From an uncultured Gemmatimonadota bacterium (GTDB lineage: Bacteria; Blakebacterota; Blakebacteria; Blakebacterales; Blakebacteraceae): DNA of 64,000 bases. The notes beneath the pieces were generated by a model. It did no database searches and was not told the origin of the DNA. It saw only the letters and a list, made by a program, of their open reading frames with translations. Within the stretch, counting starts at the first letter, position 1, and every line of letters starts with the position of its first letter. Below, in pieces: positions 9,517 through 18,818 of this stretch. Where the stretch lies: contig CAZNUA010000008.1 of assembly GCA_964576115.1 (NCBI GenBank), positions 1-64,000 on the forward strand. Reading direction: 5' to 3'. The translations under genes were made by a program, and so were the position numbers.

Positions 9517-11634
9517 ATGAACTGCAGACCGATCCTGCTCCGGAGAACGATCATGCGCCCGACTATCTTCTTCTCTCTCATCCTCGCTCTCATCCTGACC
9601 GCAGTCGGGCCGGCACCGGCGGCAGCCCAGCCGGAGGGGTTCGCGATCCTCCCCGAACCGAAGAGTATCCAGATCGATCCCGGCGAATCCGGCCTGGCCT
9701 TCGACGAGCTGCGGTTCATCCACCTCGAGGCGGGCACCGAGCGTCCCCCCGCGCTGCCCCCCCTGCTCGATCGCCTCCCGGTGGGATCGGGCCCGGGTCC
9801 GGGGGTCCTCTCGCTGAGCCTGGGACGGACCGGGATCACCCCCGACCATCCCCAGGGATACGAACTGAGGATCGTCGGCGGTGCGGCGCACATCGTCAGT
9901 CTGGGCGAAGCCGGTCTTTTCTACGGCTGTCAGACCCTGCAACAGCTGCTCGAAGACGCCCGCGACACCGGCCTCAAGATCCCGGCTCTCTCGATCATCG
10001 ACTGGCCCGCGATCGATTACCGGGCGGTTCATTTCGATGTCAAGCACCACCTCGACCGGATGGAGTACTACTACCGGGCCGTCGACCGGCTGGCGGCGAT
10101 GAAGATCAACGCCGTCATCTTCGAACTCGAGGACAAGCTCCGCTACCGCCGCCAGCCGGCGGTCGGAGCTCAAAACGCCATGAGCATCGAAGAAGTAGCC
10201 GCCCTGACCCGCTATGCGGCTGAACGGCACGTCGAGTTCAGCCCCCTGGTGCAGGGGCTCGGTCACGCCGCCTTCATCCTGAAGCACCCCGAATACCGCG
10301 ACCTGCGTGACGACCCGGCCCGCGACTGGGCCTTCGACCCCCTGAACGAACGTACCTACGAGATACAGTTCGATCTCTATCTCGACGCCATCGAGGCCAC
10401 CCCGGGGAGCCGCTACCTGCACATCGGCGGCGACGAGGTCGAGGTCGGCTCCGGCGAAGCGGGCCGGGCCTCGGGACTCTCCAGCTTCGAACTGCAGATG
10501 CAGTGGCTCCGGCGGGTGGCCGCCTTCGCCGAGGAACACGGCCGGATACCGATCATGTGGGACGACATGCCGCTGAAGCACGCCGGGGTATACCGGACCA
10601 CCCATTCCCGACTCGAGCCGGCACAGCTCGATCGAATCTGGGCCGAGAACGGGCCGAATCTCGAAAACAGCCTCGACCTCTTCCCCCGGAACTGCATCTA
10701 CATGCGGTGGAATTACGGTTCGCCCCTGGTCGAGGGCAATGTCCGCACCCTGCAGTGGTATGCCGAACACGGCCTGCGGGCCATGGCGGCCACCGCGGCC
10801 CAGACGACCTGGCCGATCCACCCGCGCAACGGCTCCAACGCCGTCCCGATCAGCGATTTCAACCGCCTGACGGCTGAATACGGTCTGGAGGGCATTCTCT
10901 GCACCGCCTGGGACGACTCCTCCCCCCACATGGAGTTCTACTGGAGGGGGTGGATCGCTCACGCCGAGTACGCCTGGTCGCCCGAAGGCAGGAGTATCGA
11001 GGCCTTCAACGCCGCCTACGGTCAGCGACGTTTCGGCCCCGCCGGCGCCGAGCTGGCCCCCGCGATCCATACCGGACTCGAAGCCGCCCTGAACGCCGGC
11101 GACACGATTCTGCGCGAGGAGCGGGGTCGGCGGGGGCCCTTCCCCACGCTCGCGGATGCGGTTGCGGTCGCACTCATGATGCCCGATCCGGCCCGACCGG
11201 GAGCCTGGAGCGAGCGCCACGCCGAACGTCTCAGCCGCGCCCGGGCCGAACTCGTACGGTACGAAGAGACCCGCGGGCAGATCGCCGAACTGCTCCGGCG
11301 GTCCACCCGCGGTCGCTATGCTCTGCGCCTGATGGACGCCCTGCACGAGGTCCAGGCCTGCTCCTGGCGGCTGCTCTCAGCCACCGCGGCCTGCGACGAG
11401 CAAGGTCGTGATGCGGCCGGGGATCGCCTGCGGGCCGAGATCGAGCGCTTCCGGCGGGCCGAGGCTCGCTACCTGGCCGTATTCGGCGAGATGCGCTTTC
11501 TCACCAACCCGCCCGGGTACGAGCTCGACCAGAACTTCCACCCCCACCTGGCCAACGTGCGCAACGATCCTTCCTGGATCTTCGCGCTCGAAGCGGGTTA
11601 CTGCGCCCGGGCTCTGGCCTGGCTGGATCGCTGA
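9517..11634 (+). CDS. GH20 family beta-N-acetylhexosaminidase-like hydrolase, secreted
   Basis: ILPEPK and GYEL...GLFYGCQTLQQL domain 2, IIDWP..YRAVHFD, HIGGDE catalytic pair, MWDD. Confidence 0.88.
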   Translation: MNCRPILLRRTIMRPTIFFSLILALILTAVGPAPAAAQPEGFAILPEPKSIQIDPGESGLAFDELRFIHLEAGTERPPALPPLLDRLPVGSGPGPGVLSLSLGRTGITPDHPQGYELRIVGGAAHIVSLGEAGLFYGCQTLQQLLEDARDTGLKIPALSIIDWPAIDYRAVHFDVKHHLDRMEYYYRAVDRLAAMKINAVIFELEDKLRYRRQPAVGAQNAMSIEEVAALTRYAAERHVEFSPLVQGLGHAAFILKHPEYRDLRDDPARDWAFDPLNERTYEIQFDLYLDAIEATPGSRYLHIGGDEVEVGSGEAGRASGLSSFELQMQWLRRVAAFAEEHGRIPIMWDDMPLKHAGVYRTTHSRLEPAQLDRIWAENGPNLENSLDLFPRNCIYMRWNYGSPLVEGNVRTLQWYAEHGLRAMAATAAQTTWPIHPRNGSNAVPISDFNRLTAEYGLEGILCTAWDDSSPHMEFYWRGWIAHAEYAWSPEGRSIEAFNAAYGQRRFGPAGAELAPAIHTGLEAALNAGDTILREERGRRGPFPTLADAVAVALMMPDPARPGAWSERHAERLSRARAELVRYEETRGQIAELLRRSTRGRYALRLMDALHEVQACSWRLLSATAACDEQGRDAAGDRLRAEIERFRRAEARYLAVFGEMRFLTNPPGYELDQNFHPHLANVRNDPSWIFALEAGYCARALAWLDR

Positions 11635-11670
11635 GGGCCCCGAGCCCCGCACCCAATCGCCCGGCAGGCA

Positions 11671-12843
11671 TCAGCCGAAGTATCGCTCCATACGGTCGAA
11701 AGCGTCGTCGATCATCGCTTCGGGCACGCAGAAGGAAAGCCGCAGGTGCCCCTCCCCCGTCGGGCCGAAGGCCGACCCCGGAGTGGTGGAGACTCCCGCC
11801 TCCTGCAGGAGCTTGATACAGAAGGTCCTGGAATCGCGCGCCCCCTCCTCGACCAGGATCCGGGGGAACATGAGATAGGACCCCTCCGGTTTCTGATAGC
11901 CGAACACCTCCGGCAGGGAGTCGAGACGGGCGCACATCAGATCGCGGGCGGCCAGGTAGTGCTCCCGGAACTCATCCACGCAGGCCTGCGAACCGCGCAG
12001 CGCTTCCAGTGCGGCGTACTGCGAGACCACCGGGGCGCAGATGGCGAAGGGAATGTGGGCCTTGGTGATCTGGGGGATCAGCTCGGCGGCGGCGTGCAGG
12101 TAGCCGATCCGCCAGCCGGTCATGGCATAGGTCTTGGTAAAGGTAAAACAGCTGACGACCCGCCCCGCCAGTTCGGGCATCGAACCGATACTGAAGTGTT
12201 TCGCCCCATCGAAGGTGAAGTACTCGTAAGCCTCGTCGGTGATGATCGCCAGATCGTGCTCCATGGCGATCGCGGCCAGCTCGCGCAGATCGGCTTCCGC
12301 AAAGACCGTCCCGGTCGGATTGGAGGGACTGCAGTAGACGATGGCGCGCGTGCGGGGCCCGATGGCCGCCCGCACGGCCTCCAGATCGAGCCGGAAACCC
12401 TCGTCCTCGATCAGCGGGGCGAAGACCGGCTTGCCCGAAGCGATCACGACCTGGCGGATGTGGGTCGAGTAGGTCGGAGTGGGCAGGATGACCTCATCCC
12501 CGGGATCGATGAGGGCCATGATCGCCGCCGCCAGCCCCTCGATGGCTCCGACGGTAACCACGATTTCGCCTGGTTCGGCCCTGATGCCGTTGTCGCGGGC
12601 CAGCTTGGCGCAGATCTCCTCGCGCAGGGCGGGCAGGCCCGCGGTCGGGGAGTACCCCGCCGTCAGGCCCTCCCGGATGGCGGCGATCGCCGCCTCGTTG
12701 ATGTGCCCGGGGGTACCCGAGGTCGGCTTGGCCCAGGAGAGGAAAGCCACGTCGTTCAACTGCGCGGAGAGCCGGGTCATCTCGTGGATGGCCGAGGCTC
12801 CGATCGTACGTACCCGCTCCGAAACGCGCGCTTCTGCTGCCAC
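11671..12843 (-). CDS. PLP-dependent aminotransferase class I/II (AspC/AlaT-like)
   Basis: YSPTAGLPALRE, SPSNPTG, DEAY, TFTKTYAMTGWRIGY, PGSAFG, HLRLSF. Confidence 0.93.
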   Translation of the reverse strand: MAAEARVSERVRTIGASAIHEMTRLSAQLNDVAFLSWAKPTSGTPGHINEAAIAAIREGLTAGYSPTAGLPALREEICAKLARDNGIRAEPGEIVVTVGAIEGLAAAIMALIDPGDEVILPTPTYSTHIRQVVIASGKPVFAPLIEDEGFRLDLEAVRAAIGPRTRAIVYCSPSNPTGTVFAEADLRELAAIAMEHDLAIITDEAYEYFTFDGAKHFSIGSMPELAGRVVSCFTFTKTYAMTGWRIGYLHAAAELIPQITKAHIPFAICAPVVSQYAALEALRGSQACVDEFREHYLAARDLMCARLDSLPEVFGYQKPEGSYLMFPRILVEEGARDSRTFCIKLLQEAGVSTTPGSAFGPTGEGHLRLSFCVPEAMIDDAFDRMERYFG

Positions 12844-13155
12844 GGCACTCCTCCTCGTTGCCGGGGGCCGGTACCGGTTCGACCGGAACCCCAGGTGGAA
12901 CTCACGAGCCGGGCAACGGGCAGCAGGCAGACAGTCGGGAACGTTGGAAGGGTATCATACTCCGTCGCTCTGCGGCAAAGTCTCAGAACATCACGCCGCC
13001 GCAGATGAAGAAGCCGATCCCGTCGAAACCGCCCAGCGGCAGACGGCTGTTTTTTTGCGGCACGGAGGCGCTGTCGAACACTAGTTTGAGAGCTGGAGTA
13101 TCAATCGACTGCCGCAGACAGGTCGGACATCTCGAGAAGGCAACGGAGGAGCACG

Positions 13156-13944
13156 ATGTCAGAAACACCCAGAATCCTGATTGTCGACGATGAACAGCCG
13201 GTGTGCCGGAGTATCGCCAGCGCGCTCGAGGGCCAGCAGGGCGAGATCGTAACCGCCCTGAGCGGCGAGGAAGCGTTGGAGAAGGATCAGGAGAATCCCC
13301 ACGATATCATCGTCGCCGACCTGATGATGCCCGGCATCTCCGGTATGGACCTGCTCAAGACCGTCAGGGAACGGAGGCCCGACACCGTTTTCATCATGAT
13401 CACCGGATATCCCTCCATCCATACCGCGGTCCAGGCGGTCAAGCTGGGCGCTTTCGACTACGTCACCAAACCCTTCACTCCCGACGAAATCCGAAGCACC
13501 ATCTCGCGTGCGCTGGAGAGAAAGAAAATCCTGGCGGAAGAACTCTCGGGCGCAGCCAGCGGGTACCCGGAGGTATCGATCCCCGACGGCACTCATGTCA
13601 TCCCGGGCAACTCGTGGGTCAGGGAAAGCGGCGACGGAAACGCTCATGTCGGCGTGCACCACATGCTGCTGAGAACCATCGGGAAAATCGCTTCGGTCGA
13701 ATTCCCCGGCGTGGACGAGAAAAAAACCCAGGGTGACTCCTGTCTCTGGATCATCGACGAGCAGAAGCGCATCCACCGCGTCTGGTGCCCGGCCACGGGA
13801 AGGGTCGTGGCTGTGAACACCGAGCTCGAGAAAGACATCTCGAAACTGCTGAACGATCCCTATCGCAGCGGCTGGATCCTGCTCATCGCACCCGCCGATC
13901 TGGAGAAAGACCTCGAAAATCTGAAGAACTGGGGCGGATTCTGA
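13156..13944 (+). CDS. Response-regulator receiver fused to a glycine-cleavage H-protein-like (lipoyl) domain
   Basis: ILIVDDE, DLMMP, ITG, KPF receiver motifs; C-terminal NSWV..GNAHVG..P.TGRVVAVN.EL..LNDPY..GW, matching the GcvH fold. Confidence 0.85.
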   Translation: MSETPRILIVDDEQPVCRSIASALEGQQGEIVTALSGEEALEKDQENPHDIIVADLMMPGISGMDLLKTVRERRPDTVFIMITGYPSIHTAVQAVKLGAFDYVTKPFTPDEIRSTISRALERKKILAEELSGAASGYPEVSIPDGTHVIPGNSWVRESGDGNAHVGVHHMLLRTIGKIASVEFPGVDEKKTQGDSCLWIIDEQKRIHRVWCPATGRVVAVNTELEKDISKLLNDPYRSGWILLIAPADLEKDLENLKNWGGF

Positions 13945-13969
13945 ACTTCTGCGCGCGGGGGATAGCGCT

Positions 13970-14893
13970 GTGACGACGGGGCTCGTGTTCGACATCAAGA
14001 AGTTCGCCCTGCACGATGGGCCCGGTCTGCGCACGACCGTTTTTCTGAAAGGCTGTCCGCTGGCCTGTGCCATCTGCCACAACCCCGAATCGCAGTCGAG
14101 CGCACCCGAAATCTGGGTGCGGCACGAGCGCTGCGTGCACTGCTACACCTGTCTGGAGATCTGCCCCGAGAAAGCCGTGAGCTTCGACGGGGAGCGAATC
14201 GGCATCGATCGCGGCCGCTGTACACTGTGCGGTGAGTGCGCGCGGCTCTGCACCGCCGGCGCGATCGAGATCGTCGGACGGGAAATGAGTGTGGCCGAGG
14301 TGATGACCGAACTCGAAAAGGATGCCGTCTTTTACGACGAATCGGGGGGCGGGGTGACATTTTCGGGGGGCGAACCGCTGGCCCAGCCGGCATTTCTGCT
14401 CGACCTGCTCGCAGCCTGTCGCGAGCGCGGATTCCATGCCGTTGTGGATACCTGCGGCCACGCCCCGCCCGACGTCGTCGCAGCTGCGGCCGAACTGACC
14501 GATCTCTTTCTCTTCGATCTCAAATTCATGGATCCGGCCCGGCACGCCGAATACACCGGCGTGGGAAACGAGCTCATCCTCGCCAACCTGAGGTCCCTGG
14601 CCCACGGCGGTGCCGGGCTGATCGTCCGCTACCCCCCCATTCCGGGAGTAAACGACGACGAGACCGACCTGCGCTCGATGGGGGCGCTCCTGAGCGCGCT
14701 GCCCGGACCGCCCCCGGTGGATCTGCTTCCCTATCACCGGATCGGGACAACGAAATACGACCGGCTCGAGAGAGACTACCTGCTGCCCGACCTGGAACCC
14801 CCGCCACCCGAACGGCTAGAATGGATCGTGGATATCCTCTCCGGCTGCGGGCTGGAGGTTACGGTGCGAGGTGAGAAGTATGGCGTTGAGTGA
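13970..14893 (+). CDS. Glycyl-radical enzyme activating enzyme (radical SAM with ferredoxin insert)
   Basis: HDGPGLRTTVFLKGCPLACAICHNPES (CX3CX2C), two CxxCxxCxxxC motifs, GGVTFSGGEP, LLPYH. Confidence 0.95.
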   Translation: MTTGLVFDIKKFALHDGPGLRTTVFLKGCPLACAICHNPESQSSAPEIWVRHERCVHCYTCLEICPEKAVSFDGERIGIDRGRCTLCGECARLCTAGAIEIVGREMSVAEVMTELEKDAVFYDESGGGVTFSGGEPLAQPAFLLDLLAACRERGFHAVVDTCGHAPPDVVAAAAELTDLFLFDLKFMDPARHAEYTGVGNELILANLRSLAHGGAGLIVRYPPIPGVNDDETDLRSMGALLSALPGPPPVDLLPYHRIGTTKYDRLERDYLLPDLEPPPPERLEWIVDILSGCGLEVTVRGEKYGVE

Positions 14894-17252
14894 ACGGGTA
14901 CGCACCCTGCGGGACGCGAGTCTGGCGGCTGAAGCCGTCCTATCCACCGAGCGGGCCGAGCTGATCACGGACTACTACTCCCGGCACGGCTGGCAGCAGC
15001 CGGCCCCCCTGCGTCGGGCCCGCGCCTTTCATCACCTCCTGACTTGTAAGGCAATCGAGATCGGACCCGGCGAACTGATCGTCGGTGAACGCGGCCCGGC
15101 ACCCAAAGCCACTCCCACCTACCCCGAGGTCTGCTGTCACACCCCCGAGGATCTCGAGATCCTCGACCGCCGCCAGAAAGTGAGTTTCCGGGTCGACGAA
15201 GCCACCCGCACCCTTTTTCTGGACCGTTTCATCCCCTTCTGGCGGGGTCGTTCGATCCGCGACCTGATCTTCGCCGAGATGGCCCCGGAATGGATCGCGG
15301 CGTATGAAGCCGGGATCTTCACCGAGTTCATGGAGCAGCGCGCCCCGGGGCACACCGTACTCGATGACAAGATCTACCGGCTGGGATTTGAAGACCTGCG
15401 ACAACAGATCGTTGCGAGCATCGCCGCCCTGGATTGGCACGCCGATCCCGAGGCGCTGGCGAAAAAAACCGAACTCGAGGCCATGGATATCGCCGCCGAG
15501 GCGCTGATCGCCTATGCCGGACGCTATGCCGACCGGGCCCGCGAACTGGCGGCGGCCGAAGAGGACGCCGGCCGCCGGTCCGAACTGGAGCGGATCGCCG
15601 AGGTCTGCGAGCGGGTTCCGGCTCAGGCGCCGCGAAATTACTGGGAGGCGATTCAGTACTACTGGTTCGTACACGTCGGGGTCACCACCGAACTCAACAC
15701 CTGGGACAGCTTCAACCCCGGCCACCTCGACCGGCACCTGCTTCCCTTCTATCGCCGCGGCCTGGCCGACGGTGAACTCACCGAAGAGCTGGCCCGCGAA
15801 CTGCTGCAGTGCCTCTGGATCAAGTTCAACAACCAGCCGGCCCCTCCGAAGGTGGGGGTGACCGCCGAGGAGTCGAACACCTACACCGATTTCGCCCAGA
15901 TCAACACCGGGGGGGTATACGCCGACGGCACCGACGCCGTGAGCGAGATGACCTTCCTCATCCTCGATGTCATCGAGGAGATGCGCCTGCTGCAGCCGTC
16001 GAGTTCGATCCAGGTCAGCAAGAAAAATCCCGATGCCTTTATCCGTCGGGCCGGACAGATCATCCGAACGGGCTTCGGTCAACCTTCGATCTTCAACGCC
16101 GACCTGATCGTGCAGGAACTGGTGCGCCAGGGCAAGAGTGTCGAAGATGCCCGCGAGGGCGGCTCGAGCGGCTGCGTCGAGGTCGGAGCCTTCGGCAAGG
16201 AGAACTATAATCTCACCGGGTACTTCAACATGCCGAAGGTGTTCGAGATCACCCTGAACAACGGCCTCGATCCCCGCACGGGTGAGCGGATCGGAATCGA
16301 AACCGGCGATCCGCGTGACTTCGCCACTTTCTCCGAACTCCTCGACGCGTACCGGCGCCAGCTCGAGCACTTCGTGGACATCAAGATCCGCGGCAACAAC
16401 GTCATAGAGCGGCTCTGGGCCCGGGAGATTCCCACTCCCTTCCTCAGCCTGCTGATCGACGACTGCATCGCGACCGGGCGCGATTATCACGACGGCGGCG
16501 CCCGCTACGACACCTCCTACATCCAGGGGGTCGGGCTGGGCACCCTGACCGACTCCGTCACAGCCGTCAAATACAACGTCTTCGACGAACGGACGCTCTC
16601 GATGGCCGAGCTGCTCGACGCTCTGGCCGACGATTTTGCCGACGAGGAGAACCTGGCGACCCGGCTGCGCGAGCGAACCCCGAAGTACGGTAACGACGAT
16701 TCCTACCCCGACCGGCTCATGCAGGAACTCTTCGAGATCTACTACGCCGCCATCGAGGATCGTCCCAACACCCGGGGAGGGCGCTATCACATCAACCTGC
16801 TGCCCACCACCTGCCATGTCTACTTCGGCGCGGTCTGCGGAGCCTCGGCCGACGGCCGCCGTTCGGGAACGCCTCTCTCGGAAGGTGTCTCGCCGGTCCA
16901 GGGCGCCGACCGCGCCGGGCCGACCGGGGTGCTGAAATCGGTGGCCAGGATGGATCATGTCCGCACCGGCGGCACCCTGCTGAACCTCAAGCTCACCCCT
17001 CATATCATGGAGGGCGAAACCGGCCTGGAGCAGTTCACCCATCTGGTACGTTCCTACTTTCGTCTGGACGGTCATCACCTGCAGTTCAACGTCGTCGACG
17101 CCTCGACCCTGCGCGCCGCCCAGGCCGAACCCGAAGCCTATCGCGATCTCATCGTGCGGGTGGCGGGATACAGCGATTACTTCTGCGATCTCGCCAAGGT
17201 TCTGCAGGACGAGATCATCGCCCGGACCGAGCATAACTCTTTCAGCGAGTGA
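14880..17252 (+). CDS. hypD: Glycyl-radical trans-4-hydroxy-L-proline dehydratase
   Basis: SGCVE Cys loop and RVAGYS Gly loop. HypD-typical segments: PTYPEVCCH, FTEFMEQRAPGHTV, NNQPAPPKVG, ESNTYTDF, LTGY, LPTTCH (compared with recalled HypD sequence). Confidence 0.88.
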   Translation: MALSERVRTLRDASLAAEAVLSTERAELITDYYSRHGWQQPAPLRRARAFHHLLTCKAIEIGPGELIVGERGPAPKATPTYPEVCCHTPEDLEILDRRQKVSFRVDEATRTLFLDRFIPFWRGRSIRDLIFAEMAPEWIAAYEAGIFTEFMEQRAPGHTVLDDKIYRLGFEDLRQQIVASIAALDWHADPEALAKKTELEAMDIAAEALIAYAGRYADRARELAAAEEDAGRRSELERIAEVCERVPAQAPRNYWEAIQYYWFVHVGVTTELNTWDSFNPGHLDRHLLPFYRRGLADGELTEELARELLQCLWIKFNNQPAPPKVGVTAEESNTYTDFAQINTGGVYADGTDAVSEMTFLILDVIEEMRLLQPSSSIQVSKKNPDAFIRRAGQIIRTGFGQPSIFNADLIVQELVRQGKSVEDAREGGSSGCVEVGAFGKENYNLTGYFNMPKVFEITLNNGLDPRTGERIGIETGDPRDFATFSELLDAYRRQLEHFVDIKIRGNNVIERLWAREIPTPFLSLLIDDCIATGRDYHDGGARYDTSYIQGVGLGTLTDSVTAVKYNVFDERTLSMAELLDALADDFADEENLATRLRERTPKYGNDDSYPDRLMQELFEIYYAAIEDRPNTRGGRYHINLLPTTCHVYFGAVCGASADGRRSGTPLSEGVSPVQGADRAGPTGVLKSVARMDHVRTGGTLLNLKLTPHIMEGETGLEQFTHLVRSYFRLDGHHLQFNVVDASTLRAAQAEPEAYRDLIVRVAGYSDYFCDLAKVLQDEIIARTEHNSFSE

Positions 17253-18808
17253 GCCCGATCGACCGGATCAGCATTCTCAATCACGTGATCGGCCCCGTTA
17301 TGCGGGGTCCTTCGAGTTCGCACACCGCCGGCGCCTGGCGGATCGGCCGGCTCGCAGCCGACCTGCTCGGCTCGCCCCCCCGCTCGGCTCAGGTTCTCTT
17401 CGATTCCTCGGGCTCCTACGCCCGGACCTATACCGCCCAGGGGGCCGATGCGGCCTTCATCTGCGGCCTGCTCGATATTCCCCTGACCGACGAGCGGTAC
17501 CTCGCGGCGGGCGAGGCGGCCGACCGGGCCGGTCTCGCGGTCACCTTCGCCACCGGCTCCCTCGAACGGGCCGACCATCCCAACGCTCTCGTCGCTGATC
17601 TCACCTCGATCGGGGATGAAGCGATCGTACTCGAGGCCCGTTCGGTCGGCGGAGGAGCGGTTCTCCTCACCCGTCTCGACGATCGTCCCCTCGCGCTGGA
17701 CGGTTCTTTCCACACCCTCGTCGCCGCCGGTTCGCAGTCATCTCTGGCCGAGTGTGCTGAGCTGGCCGGCGATTCCGGGGACACCGCCATCGTGATCGAG
17801 GAGGGCCTGCTCGTCATCGAACAGGGCTCTCCTTTCGCCGCCGCGATTGTGGACCGGATCCGTTCGCATCCCGGCGTGACCGCAGTCCGCACCGCCGCAC
17901 CGGTCCTGCTGCCTCCCCGGGGTCGACCTCTCTTCGAATCGGCCGCCGCCATGGTCGCCCTGGCCGAGCGCCGGCAGCTCTCCCTGGGCCGGTTGGCATT
18001 GGCCTACGAAGCGGAGCTGCTCGGTCTGACGGCCGGGGAGGTACGGGCGGAAATCGACCGTCGTCTCGAGGTGATGCGTGCCAGCGTGCGCCGGGGGCTG
18101 ACCGGCGAGGGACTCGACCTGCAACTGCTCGTCCCCTCGGCGGGAGCGGTGGCGGCCGCCGAGGCCGCCGGAACCCTGCCCGCGGGGGGCCTGAACACCC
18201 GGAGCGCAGCCCGGGCCCTGGCGGTCATGCATGTGGCCGCCTCGCGCGGTGTCATCTGCGCCGCTCCGACCGGCGGCAGTGCCGGAGTGGTGGCGGCCGT
18301 ACTCGAGACCCTCATCACCGAGCGCGGTCTCGACCCGGAGCGGGCCGGCGAGGCTCTGCTGGCGGCGGGTGCGATCGGCCTGGCCGTGGCGCGCAAGGCG
18401 ACGTTCGCGGCCGAAGTGGCCGGCTGTCAGGTCGAGATCGGCGCCGCCGGCGCCATGGCCGCAGCCGCGGTCGTCGAGGCCGCCGGGGGGAGCCCGGCCC
18501 GGGCGGCCGGAGCCGCAGCCATCGTCCTGCAGAACGCGATGGGCAGCGTCTGCGACCTGGTCCAGGGCATCGTGGAGATCCCCTGCCATACCCGTAACGC
18601 CGCCGCCGCTTCCGATGCTTTCCTCTGCGCCGATCTCGTTCTGGGCGGGTACACCGATCCGATCGGTCTCGACGACACCCTGACAGCCGTCCGTCAGGTG
18701 GGCGAGGCCATGCCTGGCGAACTGCGCTGTACCGCCCGCGGCGGGCTGGCCGCCACACCGACCGCACAAAACCTGCCCAACCGGCGGGCGGGCGAGCGAA
18801 CAGGATAG
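17249..18808 (+). CDS. Fe-S-dependent L-serine dehydratase-like protein, beta and alpha subunits fused
   Basis: GPVMRGPSSSHTAG, SVGGG, APTGGSAG, AGCQVEIG, GSVCD..GIVEIPC..RN, ELRCTARGGLA; 4-nt overlap with hypD. Confidence 0.88.
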   Translation: MSPIDRISILNHVIGPVMRGPSSSHTAGAWRIGRLAADLLGSPPRSAQVLFDSSGSYARTYTAQGADAAFICGLLDIPLTDERYLAAGEAADRAGLAVTFATGSLERADHPNALVADLTSIGDEAIVLEARSVGGGAVLLTRLDDRPLALDGSFHTLVAAGSQSSLAECAELAGDSGDTAIVIEEGLLVIEQGSPFAAAIVDRIRSHPGVTAVRTAAPVLLPPRGRPLFESAAAMVALAERRQLSLGRLALAYEAELLGLTAGEVRAEIDRRLEVMRASVRRGLTGEGLDLQLLVPSAGAVAAAEAAGTLPAGGLNTRSAARALAVMHVAASRGVICAAPTGGSAGVVAAVLETLITERGLDPERAGEALLAAGAIGLAVARKATFAAEVAGCQVEIGAAGAMAAAAVVEAAGGSPARAAGAAAIVLQNAMGSVCDLVQGIVEIPCHTRNAAAASDAFLCADLVLGGYTDPIGLDDTLTAVRQVGEAMPGELRCTARGGLAATPTAQNLPNRRAGERTG

Positions 18809-18818
18809 AAGGGGAACC

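Noticed and set aside
13058-13072. CGGCACGGAGGCGCT resembling a sigma54 promoter upstream of the receiver::GcvH gene
   Set aside because: GG-to-GC spacing is one base short and the TTGC element is absent.
14880-17252. Calling the GRE pyruvate formate-lyase or choline TMA-lyase
   Set aside because: It has a single-Cys GCVE loop rather than the PFL CC pair, and HypD-specific segments are present.
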